Assembly (NCBI RefSeq): GCF_000091665.1
Contig: NC_000909.1
Span: 1,056,629-1,088,628 of the forward strand
Length of the DNA: 32,000 bases
Direction of reading: 5' to 3'
From: Methanocaldococcus jannaschii DSM 2661
GTDB taxonomy: Archaea > AGJL01 > Methanococci > Methanococcales > Methanocaldococcaceae
Made by a program: the position numbers and the translations under genes. Positions 9,411-18,246 of this stretch are shown one piece after another (positions within the stretch are counted from its first letter, which is position 1; each line of letters begins with the position of its first letter). The notes under the pieces are model-generated. The model was not told the DNA's origin, did not search any database, and saw nothing but the letters and a program-made list of their open reading frames with translations.

Positions 9411-9947
9411 ACTTTTAAGTTGGATTCACCATTTATTGTCGCTAAGGAAGCTCCGAGCTTTATCTCGGAGAGAAGGTCAGAAATAAGGTATTTAGCGGTT
9501 TATCTAATAAAATAACCTCGGTTCTACAACTAAAGCTCTTGCTAAAGCTACTAGCCCATATTTTATTTTTCCAACATTTTCTGGATTTAAATCACTAACT
9601 ATGACATTTTCAGAACTAAAGGTATTAACAATCTCTTTAACGCTGGCTGAAATCCAATAATTCCAATCTTTTCTGGTTTTAATTCTTTAAATATTCAACT
9701 AACTTTTTTGCACATCTCATAACAGCATTTAAAGTGGCAATTATCTCAGCTCTATTTCCTTTATCTAACAGCTCTCTAATTGTTCCTTTAAATTCAACTG
9801 GCTTATCTGTGAAGGCATCCCACAACAACCCTTAAAATTAGTCCTCAACAAAATCTCTTTTCCACTCATTAAAGGATAGTCTTTAATTCTGGTTGTATCT
9901 AACTCTCTTAATATTTCTTTAACATCTATTGTATTTTTCACCATCAT
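9400..9947 (-). pseudogene. Decayed ABC-transporter ATPase gene (MalK/CysA-like), with multiple frameshifts and stops and a truncated 3' end
   Basis: Conceptual translation across at least 4 frame changes gives KGCCGMPS (Walker A remnant) and LKPEKIGIIGFQPAL (Q-loop). It also gives PENVGKIKYGLVALARALVVEPR then VILLDKPLNTL (signature/Walker B, with the catalytic Glu replaced by Lys). Only a 60-aa ORF (9765..9947) is intact. Confidence 0.6.
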
Positions 9948-10050
9948 AGTTGTTTTTGCAAAGTTATTAAAATTAATTAAGGAAATTTGAACATCCTAAA
10001 AGCATTCATTTATGCCTTTTTTTATTACAAAATTTTTTACAAGAAACTAT
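9946..10050. repeat. MJRE-like palindromic element (copy B), degenerate
   Basis: The ends atagttgtttttgcaaag (9946-9963) and ttttttacaagaaactat (10033-10050) form imperfect inverted repeats. The interior is similar to copy A. Confidence 0.6.
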
Positions 10051-10303
10051 GAGCTTATTAAAAATTTATTAATGAGATAAACTATTGTAACAATTGCAAT
10101 ATATATTGAATATTTTAGTCTTCAATAACTTCGAAACCATATTTCTTAAACGCTTGTTTATAAAGATGAGTCTTTTATAAATTGACTTAGACTCTATTTT
10201 CTTTTTTAATAAGGACAAGATTTATATATTGAATTTCCATAATATATTTTAACAATTTAAAATTTAAAAATTAAATGGGGGAGATAGAATTAAAAGAAGG
10301 GCA

Positions 10304-11512
10304 TTGTTAATTTTAAGAAAAGACAGTAAATTTGATAGAAAAAGTATAGAGGAGCTTAAAGAATTAGCTGAAGTTCTCTATAACCCAGTAAAAACAATAG
10401 TTCAAATTAGAAAAGCTGACCCAAAGTATCAAATTGGTAGTGGATTAGTTGAAAGAATCGCTGAAAATATTAAAGAGGAGAATATAGAGATTGTTATAGT
10501 TGGAAATATCTTAACTCCTTCACAAAAATACAACTTAGCTAAGAAATTTAAAGTTGAAGTTATTGATAAGATTGAGCTTGTTTTAAGGATATTCTATAAG
10601 CATGCAAGAACTAAAGAAGCTCAATTGCAGGTTAGATTGGCAGAATTGCAGTATGAGTTACCAAGGGCAAGGGAGAAAGTAAGATTAGCAAAGATGGGGG
10701 AACAGCCGGGATTTGGAGGATATGGGGATTATGAAGTTGAAAAATACTACCAAAAGGTAAAAAGGGAGATAGCAACAATAAAAAGAAAATTAGAAAAGCT
10801 CAGGGAGCATAGAAGGGTAGCAAGGAAAGGAAGGGCTAAATTTGATACTGTTGGTTTAATTGGTTATACAAACGCAGGAAAAACCAGCTTATTAAATGCA
10901 TTAACTGGAGAGAACAAAGAATCAAAAAATCAGGTTTTTACAACATTAACTACAACAACAAGGGCTATAAAAGGTATTAAGAGAAAGATATTGGTTACCG
11001 ATACAGTTGGATTTATTGATGATTTGCCCCCATTTATGATTGAGGCATTCTTATCAACAATTGAAGAGAGTGCAGACAGCGATTTGATATTAATTGTTGT
11101 AGATGCGTCCGATGATATTGAAGAAATTAAAAGAAAATTAAAGGTAAATCATGAAATTTTAAGTAAAATTAATTGCAAAGCCCCAATAATAACTGTATTT
11201 AACAAAGTAGATAAGATTACAAAGGAAAAAAAGAGAAAAATTTTAGAAGAGTTAGATAGATACATAGTGAATCCAATATTTGTCTCTGCAAAATACGACA
11301 TAAATATGGATTTACTTAAGGAGATGATTATAGAGCATCTCAATCTCTCCATCGGAACTATTGAGACAGACAATCCAAGGCTTATATCCTATTTGTATGA
11401 GAACACTGAGATTATTGAAGATATCTTAGAAGATAACAAGCATATAATAACATTCAGAGCAAAAGAAAGAGATGTAAATAGGATTTTAAAGCTGCATAAA
11501 TCTGCAGTATAA
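10304..11512 (+). CDS. hflX: GTPase HflX
   Basis: HflX N-terminal domain with the coiled-coil LQVRLAELQYELPR. G1 is GYTNAGKTSLLNAL, G3 is DTVGF and G4 is NKVD. There is no in-frame ATG; the track start is TTG. Confidence 0.88.
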   Translation: MLILRKDSKFDRKSIEELKELAEVLYNPVKTIVQIRKADPKYQIGSGLVERIAENIKEENIEIVIVGNILTPSQKYNLAKKFKVEVIDKIELVLRIFYKHARTKEAQLQVRLAELQYELPRAREKVRLAKMGEQPGFGGYGDYEVEKYYQKVKREIATIKRKLEKLREHRRVARKGRAKFDTVGLIGYTNAGKTSLLNALTGENKESKNQVFTTLTTTTRAIKGIKRKILVTDTVGFIDDLPPFMIEAFLSTIEESADSDLILIVVDASDDIEEIKRKLKVNHEILSKINCKAPIITVFNKVDKITKEKKRKILEELDRYIVNPIFVSAKYDINMDLLKEMIIEHLNLSIGTIETDNPRLISYLYENTEIIEDILEDNKHIITFRAKERDVNRILKLHKSAV

Positions 11513-11572
11513 ATTTAGTGAAATACGCTCAGAGGTATAATTAGAAAAATTTAAATTAAATCTGGTGAAAAT

Positions 11573-12415
11573 ATGGATGTTCTAAAAAGTCTGCCTGTTA
11601 CTGACAATCATATACATGTTGATGACAAACACGGCTATGGAGCTGAAAAGGTAGCTAAAACATTCTATAACGCTGGAGGAAAGGTAATGATAGTTTTAAA
11701 TAAACCAACATTTGATGGAAACCTAACAGCATCAATGGACATCTTAGTTAGAGATGTTGAGATAATAAACAAAAACACACCAGTTAAAGCTTTTGGATTA
11801 GTTGGAGTTCATCCAGCTGAGCTAACATACTTGATGAAATTTATGAGCTTGGAGGAGGCAAAACAAAGAATTGTTGATGCCTTAAATTATGCAAAAAAGC
11901 TTGTTGAGGAGTATGATTTTATTGTAGGAATTGGTGAAGTTGGAAGACCTCACTATCCTGTAAGTGAAGATGTTTGGAAAGCATCAAATGAGATTTTAAA
12001 ATATTGTATGGAATTGGCAAAAGATATTGGTTGTGCAATCCAAATTCATGCTGAGAGTTCAACAGAAGAGCAGTTTAAAGAGTTTTCTGAAATGGCTAAA
12101 GAGGTTGGATTGAATCCAGAAAAGGTCGTTAAGCATCATTGTGGGAATATGGTTTTGGAGGGAGAGAGATATGGTATTTTTCCTTCAATTTTAGCATCAA
12201 GAGTAAATGAAGACGTTGTTAAAAAATCTTTAAGGTTTGTTATGGAAACTGACTATATTGATGATTTAAAAAGGCCAGGAGTTGCCTTAGGAATAAAAAC
12301 AGTCCCAAGAGTTACAAGGAGATTGATTGAGAAGGGAGTTTTGGATGAAGAGGGTGTTTATAAAATCCATAAGGAGAATATAGAGAGGATTTATGATATG
12401 GATTTAGAATTGTAA
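11573..12415 (+). CDS. TatD-related metal-dependent TIM-barrel hydrolase
   Basis: N-terminal DNHIHVD metal-binding motif, internal GEVGRPHYP and IQIHAES. 280 aa. A ggtga SD is present. Confidence 0.6.
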   Translation: MDVLKSLPVTDNHIHVDDKHGYGAEKVAKTFYNAGGKVMIVLNKPTFDGNLTASMDILVRDVEIINKNTPVKAFGLVGVHPAELTYLMKFMSLEEAKQRIVDALNYAKKLVEEYDFIVGIGEVGRPHYPVSEDVWKASNEILKYCMELAKDIGCAIQIHAESSTEEQFKEFSEMAKEVGLNPEKVVKHHCGNMVLEGERYGIFPSILASRVNEDVVKKSLRFVMETDYIDDLKRPGVALGIKTVPRVTRRLIEKGVLDEEGVYKIHKENIERIYDMDLEL

Positions 12416-13333
12416 CTATTCTCTCCATTTTTTGTAGTATTTTAGGTATATCTCATCTCCTGTTTTATTGTAAAGCCATAGCATCTGCAGTCTATGTAGA
12501 TGTTCATAATGTTTATTGCATCTATGACCTAAAGCATCGTAATAACTCCAATCTCCAGCATCATACATTGGAAGAAATGTTTTTATTGATTTTAAACCTT
12601 CTTTGTAAAGGTATAGAGCATCAGCGTTCCCTGTTTTGTTTCCAAAGTCTCCAATCCATAGAGTGGCTGTGATAAACCCATTTAGCACATAGGGTGGATT
12701 TTCAGATGCATACTCTGGAAACCAATAGTAGCTTTTATTTTTATAGATTCTGATTTTTAATAACCCTCCTTTTTCAACAGGAACTTTGAAGGCATTTATG
12801 GCTAAATTTGCATAATTTAAATACCTCTCATCTCCAGTAGCTTCATAAGCTAAATATAAGGTCTTTAAGCAGCCTGCTTGGCATAATGCTCCTCTCCAAC
12901 CCTTAGATAGATTATAAAGTGGGAATTCAAAATTATACCTCCAAACAATAAAAGTGATGTTCTTTTCATCTACTTCAGCAGTTTCTTTATCTGCTTGAGA
13001 TATTAGATACTCTGTTAAAAATAGTCCTCTTTTTAAATATCTCTCAGCCTCTTTAGGATTTTTATCTTTTAACTTAAAATATTTATAGAAACATTTTCTT
13101 GCCTCTTCATTGACATTGTGGGGAGTTATCTGATAACCAATATACTTTCCACATATCGTGCCATAGTAAGTAACTGGCATATTTACATTTTCAACTGTAA
13201 AAGGTTTTGGATTTTTGAAATATTGGATAACTGGATTTTCAGAATATAAAGGTTGAGATGCTCCAACAAAATATCCGAAAACAAAGATTAAAACGGCTAT
13301 AAATAAAAAAAGAATAATTTCAAATTTCTTCAT
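12416..13333 (-). CDS. Membrane-anchored protein with a D-glucuronyl C5-epimerase-like C-terminal domain
   Basis: The ATG at 13333 gives MKKFEIILFLFIAVLIFVFGYF, an N-terminal TM helix; the track start at 13342 is GTG. The C-terminus LPMYDAGDWSYYDALGH...HYEHLHRLQMLWLY...YYKKW resembles the heparosan C5-epimerase C-terminal motif LPLYDTG..YDLRH...YH..HI.QL. Confidence 0.6.
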   Translation of the reverse strand: MKKFEIILFLFIAVLIFVFGYFVGASQPLYSENPVIQYFKNPKPFTVENVNMPVTYYGTICGKYIGYQITPHNVNEEARKCFYKYFKLKDKNPKEAERYLKRGLFLTEYLISQADKETAEVDEKNITFIVWRYNFEFPLYNLSKGWRGALCQAGCLKTLYLAYEATGDERYLNYANLAINAFKVPVEKGGLLKIRIYKNKSYYWFPEYASENPPYVLNGFITATLWIGDFGNKTGNADALYLYKEGLKSIKTFLPMYDAGDWSYYDALGHRCNKHYEHLHRLQMLWLYNKTGDEIYLKYYKKWRE

Positions 13334-13344
13334 AAGAATCACTT

Positions 13345-13632
13345 TTATTCTTTCTCTTTAAGCATCTCATTAATGTCCTTCTCCATTACATGCCCTTCTA
13401 CAGTAACCTCAACTTTTTTAACACCTTCCAATGATTTAACTGCTTCCTTTGCCTGAAAAGCCATTGCCATAACACTCATACAGTAAGGGTTTGTAGGAAT
13501 GAGCTTAAATTTTACATTACCCTCATCATCAACCTCCACATCTCTAATTAATCCCATATCTACAATGCTTATTCCCATGTGCGGGTCTGCAACTGTTTTT
13601 AGGGCATTTAAAACATCTTCCTTTGTTACCAT
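13345..13632 (-). CDS. DUF59/MIP18-family Fe-S assembly protein (SufT-like)
   Basis: VLNALKTVADPHMGISIVDMGLIRDVEVD...PTNPYCM is the typical DUF59 signature. 95 aa. A gaggtg SD is present. Confidence 0.75.
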   Translation of the reverse strand: MVTKEDVLNALKTVADPHMGISIVDMGLIRDVEVDDEGNVKFKLIPTNPYCMSVMAMAFQAKEAVKSLEGVKKVEVTVEGHVMEKDINEMLKEKE

Positions 13633-13757
13633 ATCTTACACCTCAGAAGAGATTTTAAATAATTTTTTAGTATTTGCTCATTATATAAATACTTCTATTT
13701 TTACATTTTTTTTACTCATAAGTGGAAAAATCATACCACTTAAAAAATTTTAAATAT

Positions 13758-15365
13758 TTACTCTACATATCTTGCTCTTCTTTCAACATCCTTCATTAAC
13801 TCCAGTATAATCTCCCACCTATCATAAACACTTTTATAACCCTCTAAAAATCTCTCCCAGATTTCATCAAACTTTTCATGATGAGTTGATAACACAGCCT
13901 TTTTAAAGACGATTAAATCAACTGCCTTATCTTCATCAAGATTTGAAATCTTTCCTAAACCAAAATCAATGATATATAAATCTTTATCAAATATAAAGTT
14001 GGATGTAGTTAAGTCATTATGAATTACATCGTTTTTATGCAGTTTTCCAACGATTTCTCCAATTTTGTATGCAATATCTAAATTATCCTCAATAACATCC
14101 TTAGCTAACTTTCCGTTGATATAACTCATCATAATTCTCTTGTTATCTAAATCAACATCAAATATGTATGGAGCTGGGATACCAAAATCTTTAACCAATG
14201 CTAAATACCTTGCCTCTCTTGCAGTTCTACTCTTTCTTATATTTTCATCTAATCTCTCATCCCTATAGCCTTTTTTAACTCTCTCCTTAATAATTACATC
14301 AAAATCTAAATAGCTATCTCTCTTAATATCTGCCTCTGCCCCCTTACCAATTAAATGTTCTGGAATCTTTCTCTTCTTGCCTTTAATTTCTTTTATCCAA
14401 TTAACTTCAACCATATCAGTCCTATAATTTGGAATTATCTTTGTTTCATCCAAACTCATCCATCTTCCATTTTTATGCATCAATAAACCAAGCCATGCAA
14501 TCATAGCTCCATTGTCTCCACAAAACTCCTTAGGAGGGACGTAAAAATCAACATTCTGACCCTCACACATAGCTTTGAGCATCTCTCTCAATCTGTTATT
14601 TGCCGCTACTCCACCAACGAGCATGACCTCTCCTTTATTTGTGTGAGCTAAAGCCCTTTCTGTAATCTCAGTTAGCATTGAGAAGGCATATTCTTGTAGG
14701 GAGTAGCAGATATCTTCCAATCTCTCTCCAGCATCATAAGCTCTCATAGCCGCTGTTAGCAATCCAGAGAATGCTATATCCATGCCTTTAACAGTGTAAG
14801 GTAAATCAACAAGCTTTTTCCCTTTCCTTGCCAATTCCTCTATATAAGGCCCCCCGGGATGTGGCAAATTCACATATCTTGCAAACTGGTCTAAGCAGTT
14901 ACCAACAGCTATATCTAACGTCTCTCCAAATACCCTATATTTTTTTGAGACATAAGCTATAACTTGGGTGTTTCCACCACTAACATATAGAGTTAGAGGG
15001 TCTTCTGCCTCTGTAGTTAGCTTACCAATCTCTATATGGGCAATGCAATGATTAACCCCAATTATTGGTTTTTTTAATGTTAAAGATAAAGTTCTTGCTA
15101 CGGTTGCAGTTACCCTCAAACTCGGCCCTAATCCCGGCCCTTGGGAGAATGCAATTAAATCAATCTCATTTTTATCAACTACTTCAAAAGCCTCTTTTAT
15201 AAGCTTAGGAAATGTTTCAGCATGATGGTCAGCAGCCTCTCTTGGATTAATACCCTGTTTTGGGGGTTTATACATGATAGTTTTATTAAATAAAACCTCT
15301 CCATCAGAGGTAACAATCCCTACCCCAGTTTTTTCTGCAGTTCCTTCTAATCCTAAGCAAATCAT
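13758..15365 (-). CDS. kae1: Kae1-Bud32 fusion protein: t6A tRNA threonylcarbamoyltransferase fused to the Bud32 kinase/ATPase
   Basis: The ATG at 15365 gives [14 protein letters not shown] (535 aa); the track start is TTG. The Kae1 half has VNHCIAHIE and GDNGAMIA. The C-terminal half is a small RIO-like kinase ([19 protein letters not shown]). Confidence 0.93.
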   Translation of the reverse strand: MICLGLEGTAEKTGVGIVTSDGEVLFNKTIMYKPPKQGINPREAADHHAETFPKLIKEAFEVVDKNEIDLIAFSQGPGLGPSLRVTATVARTLSLTLKKPIIGVNHCIAHIEIGKLTTEAEDPLTLYVSGGNTQVIAYVSKKYRVFGETLDIAVGNCLDQFARYVNLPHPGGPYIEELARKGKKLVDLPYTVKGMDIAFSGLLTAAMRAYDAGERLEDICYSLQEYAFSMLTEITERALAHTNKGEVMLVGGVAANNRLREMLKAMCEGQNVDFYVPPKEFCGDNGAMIAWLGLLMHKNGRWMSLDETKIIPNYRTDMVEVNWIKEIKGKKRKIPEHLIGKGAEADIKRDSYLDFDVIIKERVKKGYRDERLDENIRKSRTAREARYLALVKDFGIPAPYIFDVDLDNKRIMMSYINGKLAKDVIEDNLDIAYKIGEIVGKLHKNDVIHNDLTTSNFIFDKDLYIIDFGLGKISNLDEDKAVDLIVFKKAVLSTHHEKFDEIWERFLEGYKSVYDRWEIILELMKDVERRARYVE

Positions 15366-15462
15366 ATTATCACTCAATTATACTATTATAATATTTAAAT
15401 TGCCAAAATAGTTAAATAGTTAATGTCAATATAATAAACTAAAAAAGTTTAAAAAAGTTTTT

Positions 15463-16395
15463 TTATTCAAATTCAATTGTAGCTGGTGGCTTATCAGTTA
15501 TATCAAACACTACTCTTGCAACATTTGGAATTTCTGATGTAATTCTTTTACTAATCCTCTTCAACAAATCAAAAGGAATCTCTGGAACGTGTGCTGTCAT
15601 AGCATCCAATGATTTAACCATTCTTAAGGCGACAATCCAGTTGTATTCCCTTTCATCTCCCTTAACTCCAGTTGCTTTACAGTCCAAAACAACGGCAAAG
15701 TATTGCCATAAATCTTTATCTAAGTTGGCTTTTTTAACTTCTTCCTCAACTATTGCATTTGCCTCTCTGCAGATGTTTAGCTTTTCTTCTGTAACCTCCC
15801 CTAAAACTCTAACAGCTAATCCTGGCCCTGGGAATGGTTGTCTATAGACGATGCTATCTGGTAGCCCTAATTCTTTTGCCAACAATCTAACTTCATCTTT
15901 ATAAAGCTCTCTCAATGGTTCAACAACCTCTAAAACCATTCCGTGAGGTAGGGCAACGTTATGATGGCTCTTTATCTTCCCTTGTGTTTCAATCCAATCT
16001 GGGGCTATAGTCCCTTGCACTAAAACCTCTGCCTTTATATCTTCAGCAATCTCCTCAAAGACATCAATAAATAACTTTCCAATAATCTTTCTCTTCTCCT
16101 CTGGGTCTGTAACTCCTTTTAGGGCATTTAAAAATCTATCCTTTGCATCTACAACAATTAAGTTTAATCCCAACTTGTCTCTAAAAGTTTTTTCAACTTC
16201 TTCCCTCTCTCCCTTTCTCATCAATCCAGTATCAACAAAAACAGCTGTTAATTTATCTCCAATTGCTTTGTGGGTTAAGACGGCAGCGACGGAGCTATCT
16301 ACCCCTCCACTTAAGGCAATTATTGCTTTTCTGTCACTAATTTGCTGTTTTATTTCTTCTACTGCCTCATCAATAAATTTTTTTGGGTCAAACAT
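15463..16395 (-). CDS. guaAB: GMP synthase subunit B (ATP pyrophosphatase subunit)
   Basis: PP-loop LSGGVDSSV, a conserved C-terminal dimerisation domain, and the ending KPPATIEFE. 310 aa. Confidence 0.92.
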   Translation of the reverse strand: MFDPKKFIDEAVEEIKQQISDRKAIIALSGGVDSSVAAVLTHKAIGDKLTAVFVDTGLMRKGEREEVEKTFRDKLGLNLIVVDAKDRFLNALKGVTDPEEKRKIIGKLFIDVFEEIAEDIKAEVLVQGTIAPDWIETQGKIKSHHNVALPHGMVLEVVEPLRELYKDEVRLLAKELGLPDSIVYRQPFPGPGLAVRVLGEVTEEKLNICREANAIVEEEVKKANLDKDLWQYFAVVLDCKATGVKGDEREYNWIVALRMVKSLDAMTAHVPEIPFDLLKRISKRITSEIPNVARVVFDITDKPPATIEFE

Positions 16396-16413
16396 AAAAA
16401 TATCACCTTTAAA

Positions 16414-16770
16414 TTATTCTTCCTTTTCAGCACTTTCACCGTTATTTTCATTTTCTTCTAATATAATAATGTTTTTCTTACAACTGTTTAAATGTTTAAA
16501 AGCGTTTTCTTCAAGTTTTTTGGCTAAGTTTTTGGGGACATTATCCATATTATTGGCTAAGTAACTGGCAACACAAGCAGATAACAGTAATATCGCTGCT
16601 TTTTGTTCGCTTTTAAGTCGATGAATGTGATGGGGCCTAATGTCTAACATCTCATAAATTTTAAATAATTTTTTACATTCATTGTCAGTATTTTCTAAAT
16701 TATCATCCATAATTTCTTTTACAACATAAACAAAAAATTGATGAAGTTTCATTAACTGCTCTTTGTGCAT
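16414..16770 (-). CDS. Small helical hypothetical protein (possibly UPF0058 family)
   Basis: 118 aa, ATG start, sits just upstream of guaAB with 18 nt between them, acidic tail. The family assignment is from memory only. Confidence 0.5.
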   Translation of the reverse strand: MHKEQLMKLHQFFVYVVKEIMDDNLENTDNECKKLFKIYEMLDIRPHHIHRLKSEQKAAILLLSACVASYLANNMDNVPKNLAKKLEENAFKHLNSCKKNIIILEENENNGESAEKEE

Positions 16771-16831
16771 GTTATCACTTTAAATATTAAGCAAAGAATA
16801 AGATTAATATTAAAATTGGCTAAGAAATATA

Positions 16832-16941
16832 TATAGTTTTTTGCAAAACATTTTAGGATAAAAAGGTATTTATGAACGCCTTCCTTTTGGAAGGCGTTTA
16901 AACTTTCCTTAATAAATTTTATTACTTTGCAAAAAACTATA
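16832..16941. repeat. MJRE-like palindromic element (copy C), in a divergent intergenic region
   Basis: Inverted repeats tatagttttttgcaaaa (16832-16848) and ctttgcaaaaaactata (16925-16941) pair at 16/17. Perfect 10-bp central hairpin aacgccttcc-tttt-ggaaggcgtt (16875-16898). Confidence 0.85.
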
Positions 16942-16958
16942 AAAACTTTGGTGGTATC

Positions 16959-18224
16959 ATGAGAGAAATCATTAATAAACTTAATCCCATTATAATAGAC
17001 AAAGCCGATAAAAAGTTTGGAGTTTCAAGAATATTAAAAAAATATGATGGAAAACCAGTTTATATAAAAGATGTAAATGGATTTGAAGTTGTTGGAAATC
17101 TTTGCAGTAGGGAAACCCTTTCAAAGATTTTTAATGTTAAAAAGGAGGATTTTATATTCTTTATGCTTGATGCAATGGAAAAGGAAAAAGAAGGAAAATT
17201 AAAGATAAACAATAAATTGAAAGAGAAATATATTGTTGAAATCCCAGAGAATATTAAAAACTGGCCAATTCCAATATACTACGAGAAGGATGCGGGAGCT
17301 TATATAACAAGTGGGGTTGTTGTTGTCTATGATAAAGATTACGGCTATAACTTATCAATTCATAGAATTTTGGTTAAAGATGATTATTTAGTTATAAGAA
17401 TGGTTGAACAAAGGCATTTACACTTTTTATATAATAAAGCTCTAAAGGAAAAGGGATATTTGGATGTTGCTATAGTTATAGGAGTTCATCCAGCTGTTTT
17501 GTTGGCTGGCTCTACCTCTGCTGATATAACATTTGATGAGCTAAAATTTGCAGCTGCTTTGTTGGGAGGAGAGATAGGGGTTTTTGAGTTGGATAATGGC
17601 TTGTTAGTTCCAGAGGCAGAGTTTATCATTGAGGGTAAGATATTGCCAGAGGTTGATGATGAGGGGCCTTTTGTAGATATAACTGGAACTTATGATATTG
17701 TTAGAAAGCAGCCAATAATTAAGATTGAGAAACTTTATAGGAAGGAAAAACCTATATTCCACGCTTTATTACCGGGAGGGATTGAACATAAAACATTGAT
17801 GGGAATGCCTCAAGAGCCAAGAATTTTGAAGGGAGTTAGAAATACCGTTCCGACAGTAAAAAATATTGTTTTAACTGAGGGAGGTTGTTGCTGGCTTCAT
17901 GCTGTTGTTCAGATAGAGAAGAGGACAGAAGGAGATGGGAAAAATGCTATATTGGCAGCATTTGCTTCCCATCCAAGTTTGAAGCATGTGATTGTAGTTG
18001 ATGATGACATAAATATATTTGATATAAATGATGTTGAGTATGCAATAGCCACAAGGGTTCAAGGAGATAAAGATATAGTTATTATTTCTGGAGCCAAAGG
18101 TTCTTCTTTAGATCCTTCGAGTGATTTAAAAAATAAACTAACAGCAAAAGTGGGGGTAGATGCAACTATGAGTTTGATTAAAGGTAGAGAGCATTTTGAG
18201 AGAGCCAAGATTCCTGATAAATGA
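16959..18224 (+). CDS. UbiD-family (prenyl-FMN dependent) decarboxylase
   Basis: 421 aa with UbiD-like blocks throughout: YITSGVVV, NLSIHRI, VDITGTYD and GGCCWLHAVVQI. A ggtgg SD is present. Confidence 0.85.
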   Translation: MREIINKLNPIIIDKADKKFGVSRILKKYDGKPVYIKDVNGFEVVGNLCSRETLSKIFNVKKEDFIFFMLDAMEKEKEGKLKINNKLKEKYIVEIPENIKNWPIPIYYEKDAGAYITSGVVVVYDKDYGYNLSIHRILVKDDYLVIRMVEQRHLHFLYNKALKEKGYLDVAIVIGVHPAVLLAGSTSADITFDELKFAAALLGGEIGVFELDNGLLVPEAEFIIEGKILPEVDDEGPFVDITGTYDIVRKQPIIKIEKLYRKEKPIFHALLPGGIEHKTLMGMPQEPRILKGVRNTVPTVKNIVLTEGGCCWLHAVVQIEKRTEGDGKNAILAAFASHPSLKHVIVVDDDINIFDINDVEYAIATRVQGDKDIVIISGAKGSSLDPSSDLKNKLTAKVGVDATMSLIKGREHFERAKIPDK

Positions 18225-18246
18225 GTTGAAGGTAAAAAGGAATGAT

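Noticed and set aside
9451-9470. GC-rich perfect hairpin ctccgag-ctttat-ctcggag downstream of hel308
   Set aside because: It lies within the ABC-ATPase pseudogene remnant, is only 7 bp, and has no flanking conserved boxes. I could not support a call as an ncRNA or terminator; the oligo-T tracts at 9391-9403 are the more likely terminator.
9762-9767. In-frame TAG ending the 60-aa ORF, considered as possible recoding (pyrrolysine or selenocysteine)
   Set aside because: The codon is TAG, not TGA, and this lineage is not known to use pyrrolysine. The downstream frame hits another stop after 7 codons, and homology continues only in other frames. The evidence therefore favours a pseudogene rather than recoding.
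13633-13757. Possible C/D-box sRNA in this intergenic spacer, and likewise in 28482-28671
   Set aside because: There is no RUGAUGA C box with a properly spaced CUGA D box and internal D'/C' pair on either strand. Only partial matches occur (atgagta, ctgagg), at the wrong spacing.
15441-15460. Tandem 10-mer aaaaaagttt x2 between guaAB and kae1
   Set aside because: It has only two copies of a low-complexity A/T motif. It is most simply oligo-T termination signal for guaAB on the minus strand, and not enough for a separate call.
16175-16564. 129-aa plus-strand ORF
   Set aside because: It is antisense to guaAB and the neighbouring 118-aa gene, and its composition (S/F/L/I-rich) is typical of shadow ORFs. 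The same reasoning applies to 437-640, 3236-3563, 5240-5434, 5670-5879 and 6244-7008. It also applies to 8105-8561, 11149-11373, 13499-13753, 15641-15847, 17871-18062 and 21648-21830. It applies likewise to 22269-22463, 25125-25328, 26118-26369, 27247-27429 and 28829-29113.
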